DNA from: a virus
Lineage: Duplodnaviria > Caudoviricetes
DNA length: 49,498 nt
Reading direction: 5' to 3' (one strand)
IMG/VR virus record: IMGVR_UViG_3300036798_000539
Location: 1 to 49,498 of that record
Made by a program: the position numbers and the translations under genes. The notes beneath the pieces were generated by a model. That model worked only from the letters and a program-made list of their open reading frames with translations, did no database searches and was not told where the DNA came from. Shown one piece after another: positions 36,370-45,594 of the stretch; the first letter of the stretch is position 1, and each line of letters starts with the position of its first letter.

Positions 36370-38079
36370 TTAATCCTCTGTTCCAGCAGCCAACCACTTT
36401 TCCATATCTTCTTCATCTAATTTATCAAACGATATTGAATATGTAAAACGCCACCAATCTCTAAACCCTGGTTCCTGCTGCTGATAGTTACAGTTCTTTT
36501 TATCGTCCACAAACTTACGCATAAGCATTATCTCAGCTCCGCTAAAAGACCTCATAATAAACCTCGATAGATTTTTCCACTTAAAATACACTCTTTGTTC
36601 ATCTACTCTAACACGAACAGCATCGTCATTACCTTTTTCACCAATACGCATAAAAGTAGGAACATGGATAGAGAAAAACGCAGTTAGTATTTCATATTCT
36701 AATGCACTAGTCCGTAGGGCCTGTGTAGGCTGCACGATCGTCGCATCTTCAATATTTCTCCGTACGATATTTTCCCAATCTATTCTTTTCATTGTTGGAG
36801 GAGCAGGAACACCATAATCCCCACATTTTACCTGAAATTTATTTTGATGCCATAACTCATCAAAGATACATTGAATCCTCTTACCATTATCGCCAAGACT
36901 GACAAAATATATTCGTGGCTCTCTATCAATAATAGTTAGTGCTAGCTCATGATAATCAATTACCATACCATTCGCACCGGTTCCCACACCAAACGGCATA
37001 CGTCGGCAGGCATGTGGATTGCAGTGCGAACATATCGGCTCTTGCTGACACATATACTCATAATCTTGGCCATGCCCTCGTTTCACAATGCTATTCAGCT
37101 TTTCCCTATCACCGACCGGCTTGAGCACATTGTAATTGACCCATTCTAATGCCTTTTCCCAGTTTTCTGGATACTTACGCTTAAGAAATGTGGATACATT
37201 GACCAAGAAGTTATTCTGCATATCATGTGAACCCTGGTGAGATATAGTCCACAAACATGGCGGTCCATCGCAGAACATCGTATTAATAGTTGTTTCATAT
37301 GAATCTTCTTCAACCCATGATCCCCTAGGATGCTTCCGGCCATTAGCCTTTCCGTTAGCCTTGGCAGACTCCTCAGCGGTAAACAATTCCACGAATTCAG
37401 ATTGAGATAATCGCTTTTGCATCGCATAGGCTATACCCTCTGCTAGATCCATTAATCCACCATTATCATTCATGCAGCCCTGCTCTGGAAACATTGCAGG
37501 TGACCCATTACCTGCAATGTTTGCTCCGCTCCCACCGTATGGCATAAATATCCACGAGGGGCAATCACCATTGCTTGCATCCAATTTCAATTGTTTGGGG
37601 AATATTTCGCAACCTGCGTATCCCAACAAGGATGCGACTCTTCGCATCCTTGGTATACATAAGTCGGCCTCAATAGGTTCTCTAAAGAATAGAGTAACCC
37701 TTAATCCACCAGACTTTGTCCTGAATACAACCAGCGGCAGACCACTGCGCTTGATTTTATTCATTTCCTCATTATAATCGATGTCATAACTATCAATATC
37801 AAGACACGAGTACCAAACTTTGTTATCGTCGCATAGAACTCCCTGACCCAATAGCCTCACACCGGTCAAATGATCCCGCCATTCCTGCTCACTAGTTTCA
37901 CCCCATTTCCATTGGATATGTCCAGGGACCCATTTATTCTTATCTTCATCAAATCGTGCGCCCTGAAATTCCCCTACACCATATCCCCGGCTATTGCTCC
38001 TAAATAAATCCATCAAATCTTGAATAATTTGGGCTTGCTTTCCCGGTTGGTATGTGTTATATAAGCCAGTAGATGTCAT
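36370..38079 (-). CDS. Archaeo-eukaryotic primase (AEP)-like protein with a Cys-rich PriL-like domain
   Basis: Motif I CLDID, motif II TKSGGLR, EIFPKQ, WIFMPY; then PPCL and CQQEPICSHCNPHAC. Confidence 0.75.
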   Translation of the reverse strand: MTSTGLYNTYQPGKQAQIIQDLMDLFRSNSRGYGVGEFQGARFDEDKNKWVPGHIQWKWGETSEQEWRDHLTGVRLLGQGVLCDDNKVWYSCLDIDSYDIDYNEEMNKIKRSGLPLVVFRTKSGGLRVTLFFREPIEADLCIPRMRRVASLLGYAGCEIFPKQLKLDASNGDCPSWIFMPYGGSGANIAGNGSPAMFPEQGCMNDNGGLMDLAEGIAYAMQKRLSQSEFVELFTAEESAKANGKANGRKHPRGSWVEEDSYETTINTMFCDGPPCLWTISHQGSHDMQNNFLVNVSTFLKRKYPENWEKALEWVNYNVLKPVGDREKLNSIVKRGHGQDYEYMCQQEPICSHCNPHACRRMPFGVGTGANGMVIDYHELALTIIDREPRIYFVSLGDNGKRIQCIFDELWHQNKFQVKCGDYGVPAPPTMKRIDWENIVRRNIEDATIVQPTQALRTSALEYEILTAFFSIHVPTFMRIGEKGNDDAVRVRVDEQRVYFKWKNLSRFIMRSFSGAEIMLMRKFVDDKKNCNYQQQEPGFRDWWRFTYSISFDKLDEEDMEKWLAAGTED

Positions 38080-38139
38080 TTCTCCTAGTTCCTCCTAGGT
38101 TATGGTGACCTCTAATACGTCAGCGCATGCAATGAGTAC

Positions 38140-38170
38140 CCGGCGCCCCTCACACGGGCGCCGGTTTCTT
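38140..38170. terminator. GC-rich hairpin, probable terminator
   Basis: CCGGCGCCC-CTCACAC-GGGCGCCGG-TTTCTT. Confidence 0.55.
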
Positions 38171-38301
38171 ATCAAGAACCTCTTTGTGTCATGATTGCAA
38201 CGTTTTAGTGTCAGTGATGTTACAGGGTACACCCGCCCCACAAATCATGCAAGCGCAAATTGCACTCTATTTACAACGATTTGTGCTGCTCTGCAACACA
38301 G

Positions 38302-38712
38302 TTAAGAGCCGACTGGATTAACCAATAGTTTCCCACTCTTTAATAATTCAAATTCATTTGTAGCCGTGTATTCATTATCCAAGGAAGGATCACCGCCATT
38401 ATCACCGCCAAGCTTACAATCAGCTTGAACCGTATACAGAGTATCCGCTAATTTTTCTACTTTCAAAACTATACAATCAAAATCCATTATTGAATATTTA
38501 TCTTTTCCTATATCGTAACCACTATATGGAGTAAAATCTGGATCACTACTCCGCATATAAATATTATCAGGATCTATCTTTACCGTGCCATTAGGAAATT
38601 TCCCAACAGGTACAAATGTCCAATGGCCCTGTAGAGCATCAGGCATTACATCAGCAGATGCTGCTGACCCCAGGGCCAATAGCATCACACCGGCTAATAA
38701 GATCTTTTTCAT
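38302..38712 (-). CDS. Secreted/periplasmic hypothetical protein
   Basis: Signal peptide MKKILLAGVMLLALGSAASA. Confidence 0.65.
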   Translation of the reverse strand: MKKILLAGVMLLALGSAASADVMPDALQGHWTFVPVGKFPNGTVKIDPDNIYMRSSDPDFTPYSGYDIGKDKYSIMDFDCIVLKVEKLADTLYTVQADCKLGGDNGGDPSLDNEYTATNEFELLKSGKLLVNPVGS

Positions 38713-38804
38713 TATCATCCCCAGATCATCTGGATAACCAGATAACCGACGACAAAAACAGCGGCAGCGGTTACCCCAGCAGTAAGATACCATTCTCTAT
38801 TCAT

Positions 38805-39053
38805 TTAACATCCTATCTCTTCCCACAATGCATCCCTCTTTTCCCAATCATTAATCCACCATTCTGCTATTTCATCTTCCGGTGGGTGGCCTTCGAGGAA
38901 TACTGAATCCAACACGGAAAACCCATCATCCGTACGAATCTCAGTCATTGTTGGCAATCTAACAATAGTCAATATCCAATCACCAGCTTTGACTTCGGTG
39001 TATGGGAAGCCACTTGTATCCATATTTTGATATGGAAGCTCTTTGATAGTCAT
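38805..39053 (-). CDS. Hypothetical protein
   Basis: RBS GAGGAG. Confidence 0.55.
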   Translation of the reverse strand: MTIKELPYQNMDTSGFPYTEVKAGDWILTIVRLPTMTEIRTDDGFSVLDSVFLEGHPPEDEIAEWWINDWEKRDALWEEIGC

Positions 39054-39056
39054 GGC

Positions 39057-39407
39057 TTACTCCTCATCTGAATTCGAGAAATGTGCCATTGAATCTAGGA
39101 AATGTGTGGTACACGCAATTTCCTCATCAGTGGGCAAGGGGTCCTCTTCACTGGTAAGGTCTGGCTTAATAATGCCACCGAACCCACCACTGTAATCACC
39201 ATAAACGAGGTGCACGTTTTCACCACGCCACTCGATGACCACACCCCACATATGCCATTTATCTGGATCACCCACTGTATTGAACTGCCAAGGCTGACCA
39301 CCAGGAGGCTCAGTGAGTTCTAGCCACATTTCACCACGACCGTCATCACCTGCCAGCACATCAGCAGCAGCCAGTCGTAGCGTTGCATTCCTAAATGTAT
39401 GGTTCAT
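39057..39407 (-). CDS. Hypothetical protein
   Basis: RBS AAGGAG. Confidence 0.6.
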   Translation of the reverse strand: MNHTFRNATLRLAAADVLAGDDGRGEMWLELTEPPGGQPWQFNTVGDPDKWHMWGVVIEWRGENVHLVYGDYSGGFGGIIKPDLTSEEDPLPTDEEIACTTHFLDSMAHFSNSDEE

Positions 39408-39491
39408 AGTACATACTCCTTTTGCGGGCTAGCATCATGCTTGCCCTATGCCAATATACTTTACAACATTGCCCCACGAAGCGCAAGTAGA

Positions 39492-39722
39492 TTAAGGCCA
39501 GATATTATGTTCACATCTCCAACAACGATGATACCAGTATTTTTGTTCGTGGTCTTCTCTAGAATCATCATATCTTAGCTCTACAACCCATCCAGCATCT
39601 TCTATATCTTCTAGTGCTTCCTCAAAATCGCTAAAGGCAATATAAACATCCGGCAATGCTTGTTCACCACATTCATCACAATGAAAGAAGATATGTCGCT
39701 GTTTACTACGATGCACAGTCAT
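39492..39722 (-). CDS. Zinc-finger-like protein
   Basis: CDEC...HRCWRC. Confidence 0.55.
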   Translation of the reverse strand: MTVHRSKQRHIFFHCDECGEQALPDVYIAFSDFEEALEDIEDAGWVVELRYDDSREDHEQKYWYHRCWRCEHNIWP

Positions 39723-39988
39723 TTATTTCCAAATTCCTTCACCTTAGTCCACTCCCCGGTATCATAGCAGTAGAACATCCCTTTGCCTATTGCACGTTTT
39801 TTCTTAAACACTTCTATCATTTTCATATGCCTGCACACAGGAGCTAAAGTATTCGGGCAATCACAAAACCATTTGCCTTTTTCTTGTGTTACCATATATC
39901 CTTCAATATAGTTAAAATCTTCATCGCACTTAATGACGTTGTAACCAACGACATTCTTATTAACCAGATACTGACTACGCTTTGTCAT
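39719..39988 (-). CDS. SWIM zinc-finger protein
   Basis: WFCDCP....VCRH. Confidence 0.65.
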   Translation of the reverse strand: MTKRSQYLVNKNVVGYNVIKCDEDFNYIEGYMVTQEKGKWFCDCPNTLAPVCRHMKMIEVFKKKRAIGKGMFYCYDTGEWTKVKEFGNK

Positions 39989-40550
39989 CTCGTTTTACTA
40001 CCACCATATTGACCTTACTGTCATCAATCTCGTGAAACTGCCCATCATCACACATAGCCGGTGGGAAGATAACCTTAGCATCGCGAGAATTATACCGTAA
40101 AATAGTTGCCTTGTTATCTTTGCCTCTTCTGGCTATAAACTCCCATAGCTGTTTATCATCACGCCATTCTTCCTTGCGCTTAGGATCAATCCATATTTGA
40201 ATAACTGCTATTGACGTTGAACTACCCTCGTAGTCCAACGTAATAAAGTCCTCAGCTATGTCTATTACATATCCCACCCTGTCAGGACGACGCATTTCAT
40301 TAGTATCATCTTCTACTAGCCACCGACACGACCACAACCGGCAACCCATCGGGCGCTTATCATATACCCGGCATCCACCATAGAACTGATGAGGGCATTT
40401 AAGCCCTGCTGGTTTGTGAAAGTCTTCCAAAGCATCTTTAGGCACATCAAACATTGCCTTGATAGTTTCTGCTACCTCTGTCTTATCCATATTCTTCTGG
40501 ATCGGCAATAACCGGCAACAGAGCGTGCACTCACCACATTTACGTGTCAT
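39975..40550 (-). CDS. YkgJ-like cysteine-cluster protein
   Basis: CGECTLCC...CPH....CRVYDKRPMGCR. Confidence 0.75.
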   Translation of the reverse strand: MTRKCGECTLCCRLLPIQKNMDKTEVAETIKAMFDVPKDALEDFHKPAGLKCPHQFYGGCRVYDKRPMGCRLWSCRWLVEDDTNEMRRPDRVGYVIDIAEDFITLDYEGSSTSIAVIQIWIDPKRKEEWRDDKQLWEFIARRGKDNKATILRYNSRDAKVIFPPAMCDDGQFHEIDDSKVNMVVVKRDDKA

Positions 40551-40744
40551 TTTTTCTTCTTCTTTCTTTCGGACATGACTGTTCGTATAGCTCTTGTAAC
40601 CTTTAAAGATTCAAGCGTTGGGTTATCTAGATCTCCCATAGCTCCATGCCATGAGGTCATAGCAGCTTCCACATAATCCTTGGCTTCCTTCCACGTTGCC
40701 CCTTCTGGCATATTGAATGATACTCTGAAGAATATCCTACCCAT
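40547..40744 (-). CDS. Hypothetical protein
   Basis: ORF track, overlapping operon packing. Confidence 0.5.
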   Translation of the reverse strand: MGRIFFRVSFNMPEGATWKEAKDYVEAAMTSWHGAMGDLDNPTLESLKVTRAIRTVMSERKKKKK

Positions 40745-40931
40745 TTTTCTGCTCCTGTTTCTTTCGTTCTTCCTTTATGCGATTTCGATACATCATCATC
40801 ATGCGAGCAGGAATAACAATGTCATCATCACATTCCTGGCAACACCGGCCTTCATTCACTGGCCATGCATTGCATGAATAACCAGTAAACCATCGTTGGC
40901 AGATTGAGCAGATTGGCAGTTCAGTGCTCAT
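40737..40931 (-). CDS. Small Cys-rich (Zn-binding) protein
   Basis: CSIC...NAWPV..GRCCQEC. Confidence 0.6.
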   Translation of the reverse strand: MSTELPICSICQRWFTGYSCNAWPVNEGRCCQECDDDIVIPARMMMMYRNRIKEERKKQEQKNG

Positions 40932-41287
40932 AGTGCCTCCATAAACTCTTTATCACCGGTTACAACAAGGATAGGGCCAACCAGATGGTCAATCATATGT
41001 TGCCCATCCGGTGTCAACAACCCCGGTAACCCCTGCTCTTGCAAACATCTGTCCCATTGAATAGTTGCTGCCTTATTCAGAGGTAGCCTTTTTATCTTGC
41101 CATCTTCATCACAAAAAGCTACGCACTTTCGTACTACTCCATCATAGTTAATCCAATTGAAGCGTGGGATTATTTCTAAATACCCTCCATCTATTCCTTC
41201 TTTCATCATTTCTAATGATGGCTCACTTTTTACCGGTGTGATTAATTGTGAGCCATCAACATTAATCCTGATAACTGTTCCTTTCAT
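40928..41287 (-). CDS. DUF3846-like protein
   Basis: LE.MKE.IDGGYLEII...DEDGK...LPLN..AT...LVGPILV. Confidence 0.65.
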   Translation of the reverse strand: MKGTVIRINVDGSQLITPVKSEPSLEMMKEGIDGGYLEIIPRFNWINYDGVVRKCVAFCDEDGKIKRLPLNKAATIQWDRCLQEQGLPGLLTPDGQHMIDHLVGPILVVTGDKEFMEAL

Positions 41288-41469
41288 TTCTTTTCTCTCC
41301 GTTCTGCCGCAAGAACCGCTAACATTAGGACAGCTAAATCCCTAGAAGTCATATCCATTAGTGACTCTAGTTTAGCAGTAGAATCACTTGTTCGACGCAC
41401 CCAATCACGAATATCCTCTGCCATATACTCTTTCCGCATTTCAGGTTGCCAATGTGACCCTTTCCTCAT
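41284..41469 (-). CDS. Hypothetical protein
   Basis: ORF track, overlaps with neighbours. Confidence 0.45.
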   Translation of the reverse strand: MRKGSHWQPEMRKEYMAEDIRDWVRRTSDSTAKLESLMDMTSRDLAVLMLAVLAAERREKK

Positions 41470-41675
41470 TAGTACAGCCTCTTTAGCTTAGAAGATTTTC
41501 TGTACCGCAGTATTATATTGACAACTTTGAGGGCATCTTCCATAGAGTGCCTAAAGCCAGAAGCCAAGAAATTTTTATCACTATGATCCACTACTCGATA
41601 TTGAAATTGATCCAACACCTGCTTAATCTCCGCTGAGCGGTGTTTGTATCGTAAAGTAGTTATTTTCATTTTCAT
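41469..41675 (-). CDS. Hypothetical protein
   Basis: ORF track. Confidence 0.45.
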   Translation of the reverse strand: MKMKITTLRYKHRSAEIKQVLDQFQYRVVDHSDKNFLASGFRHSMEDALKVVNIILRYRKSSKLKRLY

Positions 41676-41750
41676 ACCTAATCCCAGCTAGCCAACGCAA
41701 GAGCTAAGATCGTAATCACGATCACAACAATGATAATTGCTGTGGTGGTA

Positions 41751-41933
41751 TCAATAGTCTTCCTCTATCTGTTCATCTGTATCATATCGGGTCATAATAT
41801 CAGCCCGATAACGCTTCAGTTTCTTACCACGGCATTTATCACACACAAATGTAAGAAAGATGTTATAGCCATCACACATTGGATAGCGACGTAGTCCGCT
41901 GCCGCAATCACATACAACAGGTCTAAATCTCAT
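41751..41933 (-). CDS. Small Cys-rich protein
   Basis: CDCGSG...CDKC. Confidence 0.6.
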   Translation of the reverse strand: MRFRPVVCDCGSGLRRYPMCDGYNIFLTFVCDKCRGKKLKRYRADIMTRYDTDEQIEEDY

Positions 41934-42138
41934 TTTGTTGTCGTCCTTTTTCTATCTTTTTGTTAATCCAATCCCTGGTATTAACACTTTCTTGCTCGAG
42001 TTTAAGTTTCTCATAAACGACTGCCAAATCAGGATCAGTAACACTTGAATCATTAAGTACATCAAGCGTTTTTTGAGCCTGCTTCTTAGTCAAGAAGAGC
42101 ACATACCTTGCCATATCTATTTCCTCCAATCGCTCCAT
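41923..42138 (-). CDS. Hypothetical protein
   Basis: ORF track; start may be MARYV after GGAGG. Confidence 0.5.
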   Translation of the reverse strand: MERLEEIDMARYVLFLTKKQAQKTLDVLNDSSVTDPDLAVVYEKLKLEQESVNTRDWINKKIEKGRQQNEI

Positions 42139-42311
42139 TTTCGATAGCTTTCGACGACATGGTTGAATCTATGATGCGCATCTATGAATGGAGCGATTCT
42201 TTTCTCAAGAAGTCGAGCACCGCAGCAGAGGCGACACCGGCCAGTCGTAATAGTTGTGGCCGTTGGCTCGACACCGCTTCCCCAACATCGCGGACACCAT
42301 ATCACAATCAT
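42117..42311 (-). CDS. DnaJ-like zinc-finger small protein
   Basis: CPRCWGSG...CRLCCG; RBS GGAGG. Confidence 0.5.
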   Translation of the reverse strand: MIVIWCPRCWGSGVEPTATTITTGRCRLCCGARLLEKRIAPFIDAHHRFNHVVESYRKWSDWRK

Positions 42312-42356
42312 GTGGTCCTCCTCACGTGGTCCATGGAACAGGTCTAAATCTCATTA

Positions 42357-42530
42357 TTAGTTGCCTCCATTTAGATAATGGACTAAGGACCGTGCCCCGC
42401 CTTCTACGCTAAAATCTTCTATAGCCTCCCATGTCATACCATCATTACTATCTGCGTATGGGGCATAATAGCCGACGGTATAAAGATATGTGCCGTTTTC
42501 CTGCCTAATCCTTCGATATATCCAACACAT
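42357..42530 (-). CDS. Small phage protein (57 aa)
   Basis: Own translation MCWIYRR...LYTVGYYAP...WEAIEDF...VHYLNGGN, a pattern I recognise from small phage proteins. Confidence 0.6.
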   Translation of the reverse strand: MCWIYRRIRQENGTYLYTVGYYAPYADSNDGMTWEAIEDFSVEGGARSLVHYLNGGN

Positions 42531-42817
42531 CAGTGCCTCCTCACCGGCTTATCCTGGTCCATCCAATACCGTATCCATTCCATATCCTTAGAAGCCCACC
42601 AATCATATATTATGGCTCTATTTGCAGGGTTCTTACAAGTTTCACGGGCTGTGTTCTCTGTTTCACCTGCAAATACCCAAGCGAATACACAGTCGTCATA
42701 CAACTTGGTTGCTTCCTTTAATGATTGAGTAGGTATCATGAATTGGCCCAATGTTTCAGCATGCGCTGATGCTAAGAGCGCCAGCGACATCACACCGGTT
42801 AATAGAAGCTTGATCAT
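42530..42817 (-). CDS. Secreted hypothetical protein
   Basis: Signal peptide MIKLLLTGVMSLALLASAHA; RBS GGAGG. Confidence 0.6.
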   Translation of the reverse strand: MIKLLLTGVMSLALLASAHAETLGQFMIPTQSLKEATKLYDDCVFAWVFAGETENTARETCKNPANRAIIYDWWASKDMEWIRYWMDQDKPVRRH

Positions 42818-42827
42818 ATATTGCCTC

Positions 42828-43190
42828 CTACCAGCAATATTGTCTGCAATCCTGGAACCTGCCACGATTATAGCATTGAGTTTGACACGTTGGGATACGC
42901 CTCCGTACTTCTTGCTGAAAGAATGGGTACTGTGAGATTGGAGGCTGTGGATAGGTTAAAGCAGCCGGAGGCTGGGGGTGACCTACCGGCTGCTCTGGCA
43001 CCAACTGGGGGATGGGGGATACCACAGCCGGTGTTTTTGATTTCGGTGCTATTGGTGCTTCGCCTGGAGCCAAGCATGTCCGCACATTGTCTACATCATG
43101 ACATTCTGAATGCAATGGCTGTGGCGCAGCGAATGCTGGATAGGCGCACATTACTGCGCCCACGAGCAGAAAGGCGTTGAGCCTTTTCAT
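42828..43190 (-). CDS. Secreted Pro/Cys-rich protein
   Basis: Signal peptide, Pro-rich linker, C-terminal CQTQC...CRQYC. Confidence 0.6.
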   Translation of the reverse strand: MKRLNAFLLVGAVMCAYPAFAAPQPLHSECHDVDNVRTCLAPGEAPIAPKSKTPAVVSPIPQLVPEQPVGHPQPPAALTYPQPPISQYPFFQQEVRRRIPTCQTQCYNRGRFQDCRQYCW

Positions 43191-43194
43191 TTTA

Positions 43195-43359
43195 CTATTC
43201 ACTCCAGCTTGCCAAACAGAGTTTGCAGCGACACATTGCTGGATGCGTTTTAACCGCTTCCTTGTATTGCTTGATGTTAAGCCCTGTGAGCTTCTTAATA
43301 CGCTGCCTCAAAAGAAGAGCGGACTTGGCCGCTGCACGTCTGGCTTTGATGCTTTTCAT
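43195..43359 (-). CDS. Small basic protein (54 aa)
   Basis: Own translation MKSIKARR...HPAMCRCKLC; ATGA overlap. Confidence 0.45.
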   Translation of the reverse strand: MKSIKARRAAAKSALLLRQRIKKLTGLNIKQYKEAVKTHPAMCRCKLCLASWSE

Positions 43360-43568
43360 TTTACTACCCTGAGCTCAAACTTATCTGACTCTTCCAAGCA
43401 CAGAAACCCACACTTAATGAGATCTTCAACCACAACTGAAAATGGTTTATTTTCTTTCTTGGCATGTGCCAATAGCTTTCTAAACATACTATCAGATAAG
43501 CTGATAGCTATCTTCGTGTAACCTGGTTTATGACCACTTGGATATTTGTATCCTGTTGGGTATTTCAT
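43356..43568 (-). CDS. Ribbon-helix-helix-like DNA-binding protein
   Basis: YTKIAISLSDSMFRKLLAHAKKENKPFSVVVEDLI. Confidence 0.55.
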   Translation of the reverse strand: MKYPTGYKYPSGHKPGYTKIAISLSDSMFRKLLAHAKKENKPFSVVVEDLIKCGFLCLEESDKFELRVVK

Positions 43569-43852
43569 GCCCCTATTCCTATGAAGATTGCGTCCAATAT
43601 GCGGTGTGTAGCTTCTGCTGTTACGGGGCTCGTTTTGCCGAAAATAAGTGGCCACTCTTCTTGCCCGCCAACGGCCAATATTTCCAACTCTGCATCATCC
43701 AGTGTGGCCAGGAAATTTGCGGCTAGTTCAAGGTCGTTAGACCCTTCCTCGCCAATGATATAATCCTCTGGGGCTTCTAACCCTTGGTCCTGGAACATCA
43801 GTTCAACAACCCGCTTATAGACAGGGTGTTGCATCATATCAATATCAGGCAT
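43565..43852 (-). CDS. Acidic hypothetical protein
   Basis: RBS AAGGAG. Confidence 0.6.
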   Translation of the reverse strand: MPDIDMMQHPVYKRVVELMFQDQGLEAPEDYIIGEEGSNDLELAANFLATLDDAELEILAVGGQEEWPLIFGKTSPVTAEATHRILDAIFIGIGA

Positions 43853-43962
43853 GGTTTGCTCCTTTGTTCCACGCGGCTCCCTGTACCGCGCGTATACATA
43901 TTTGTAAAGCATTTTGCCCCGGATTGCAATAGTGATTTTGTAAAGTATTTTACAAATCGCAC

Positions 43963-43991
43963 TTGCATCTCACGCGCGTGTAAAGTATATT
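43963..43991 (+). promoter_or_regulatory. Sigma70-like promoter in a divergent control region
   Basis: TTGCAT-N17-TATATT. Confidence 0.6.
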
Positions 43992-44030
43992 GTATGTATG
44001 GCCGGTAGGCCAGAACAAAGGAGCAAAGCT

Positions 44031-44324
44031 ATGAAGAAGAAATACATGGTATGCCCCGTATGTGAGGGCGAGGGCAAGACGGTAAACCCGTCTATAGACG
44101 CCCACGGGTTAACCAGAGAAGATTTTGCAGAGGACCCAGACTTTGCGGAGTCGTACTGGCGTGGTGACTACGACATTCAATGTCGTGCGTGTAACGGTCA
44201 ACGTGTCGTAACTCCTAAGAGAATCAAAGAATTAGCACAAAATGCCGACGATCGCCGGTTAGCTGCAAGGGAAGACGGTGATTGGGAAGGGTATTGTGTT
44301 AGCGGTGATTGGAGGTTCGGATGA
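44031..44324 (+). CDS. DnaJ-like zinc-finger phage protein
   Basis: CPVCEGEG...YW.G.YD..CRACNG.RVV. Confidence 0.7.
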   Translation: MKKKYMVCPVCEGEGKTVNPSIDAHGLTREDFAEDPDFAESYWRGDYDIQCRACNGQRVVTPKRIKELAQNADDRRLAAREDGDWEGYCVSGDWRFG

Positions 44325-44848
44325 ATAAGTTGCTCTTAGGCACAGCAATCGTAGGTGCTGGCCTAATCTTTAGTGCTGGATATTCATGGGCATGGACCGA
44401 TACCCGTGGGCATTGGTGGGAAGGACCACAGTTCGTAGCTCCTGGCGTATACCCACGCTATGAGGATCCGCCAGCATATAGTCCACCCGCTCCGGTTGGA
44501 CCGATAGGACCGCCTGTTATAGAGGCTCTGCCTCCAGTAGGTCCACCTCCCCCTCTTGTAGCTCCGCAGCCGCAGGTCTTGGGATGGATCTATTGGCCCT
44601 ATATGCATTGTCAGGTTGCACCAACATGTACGATTGTGACGGATGCTGCTGGTCTCAATGTGCGGAGTATTCCTAATGGGCCGCCAACGATGGCACTGGT
44701 GAATGGTACGCCGGTAATCCCGATACAGCCAGAGGGAGATGCCAAGCATCCAGGTAAGTGGGTACTCGTTGGAGCAGCCTGCAATCTAGTTCCTACTTGG
44801 CTGTGGTCGTGGAACACTGGTGTCCAGCTTATGAGGTGTTGGTTATAG
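44321..44848 (+). CDS. Secreted protein with a Pro-rich linker and bacterial SH3 domain
   Basis: Signal peptide; GLNVRSIPNG...LVNGTPV...WVLV. Confidence 0.65.
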   Translation: MNKLLLGTAIVGAGLIFSAGYSWAWTDTRGHWWEGPQFVAPGVYPRYEDPPAYSPPAPVGPIGPPVIEALPPVGPPPPLVAPQPQVLGWIYWPYMHCQVAPTCTIVTDAAGLNVRSIPNGPPTMALVNGTPVIPIQPEGDAKHPGKWVLVGAACNLVPTWLWSWNTGVQLMRCWL

Positions 44849-44865
44849 GAAACCTAAGCGAAGTA

Positions 44866-44894
44866 TTGCAGTTCCATAACTGTTGTGGTATAAT
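44866..44894 (+). promoter_or_regulatory. Sigma70-like promoter
   Basis: TTGCAG-N17-TATAAT with TG extension. Confidence 0.7.
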
Positions 44895-44929
44895 ACCTCA
44901 CCTGCAATAGTGCAGGATGGAGGTGGGGT

Positions 44930-45103
44930 ATGAAAACGGCAATAATGATTTGTCTTGGGCTGATGCTAGTAATACCGCTAGCAATTCGCAACTACACACC
45001 GATCCCTAAGGTGCAGAAGGTGGGAACTTGCACCACTACATGTAATCCAGATCATACGCGATGTACTACATCGTGTTGTGACATTCGGGACCACTGCTTC
45101 TAA
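44930..45103 (+). CDS. Small secreted Cys-rich peptide (57 aa)
   Basis: Own translation MKTAIMICLGLMLVIPLAI...CTTTCNPDHTRCTTSCCDIRDHCF; RBS GGAGGT; own promoter. Confidence 0.6.
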   Translation: MKTAIMICLGLMLVIPLAIRNYTPIPKVQKVGTCTTTCNPDHTRCTTSCCDIRDHCF

Positions 45104-45291
45104 TCGTGATCATCCTTACCGGCGAGCCTTCGTTGTGCTTGCCGGTATTTTATTAATTTCGCAATGCATTCGGAGTGAGCCCACATACCATCTAATTCTA
45201 GTTCTTTGAGAATAAGAGGGAATTCATGGGCAACTGACCGTCCTTTGTAGAGTCTACGTCCGCAGACCTGACACATTCGCCCCTTGGTCAC
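45100..45291 (-). CDS. Small Zn-finger-like protein
   Basis: CQVC...HSEC. Confidence 0.5.
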   Translation of the reverse strand: MTKGRMCQVCGRRLYKGRSVAHEFPLILKELELDGMWAHSECIAKLIKYRQAQRRLAGKDDHD

Positions 45292-45566
45292 TTTACCTCC
45301 AGAAACCTTAGCCTTCCTGGCGCATACTTCGAGTCACGCATCATATTTAGTCTTTTGATTGCTCCACTCTGTCTTAGAGTATACATGGCGGTGTAGAAAA
45401 TATTAGGATCTTGCTCTGTTATAGCTTTCCTAATCTCACTACATTTCATAGGCTTCCCTGCATCTCGTAAAAACGCAAGAATAAGCTGGCACGTTTGTGC
45501 CATTCTTAAAGACACATTTGCTCCTTTGGCTTGGTTGTTATCAAACACATAGGTATTGTAAAGCAT
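45288..45566 (-). CDS. Winged-helix-like protein
   Basis: ILAFLRDAGKPMKCSEIRKAI...MYTLRQSGAIKR; start uncertain. Confidence 0.5.
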   Translation of the reverse strand: MLYNTYVFDNNQAKGANVSLRMAQTCQLILAFLRDAGKPMKCSEIRKAITEQDPNIFYTAMYTLRQSGAIKRLNMMRDSKYAPGRLRFLEVK

Positions 45567-45594
45567 TTTGCCGGGGAACTACAAGGGTTTTATT

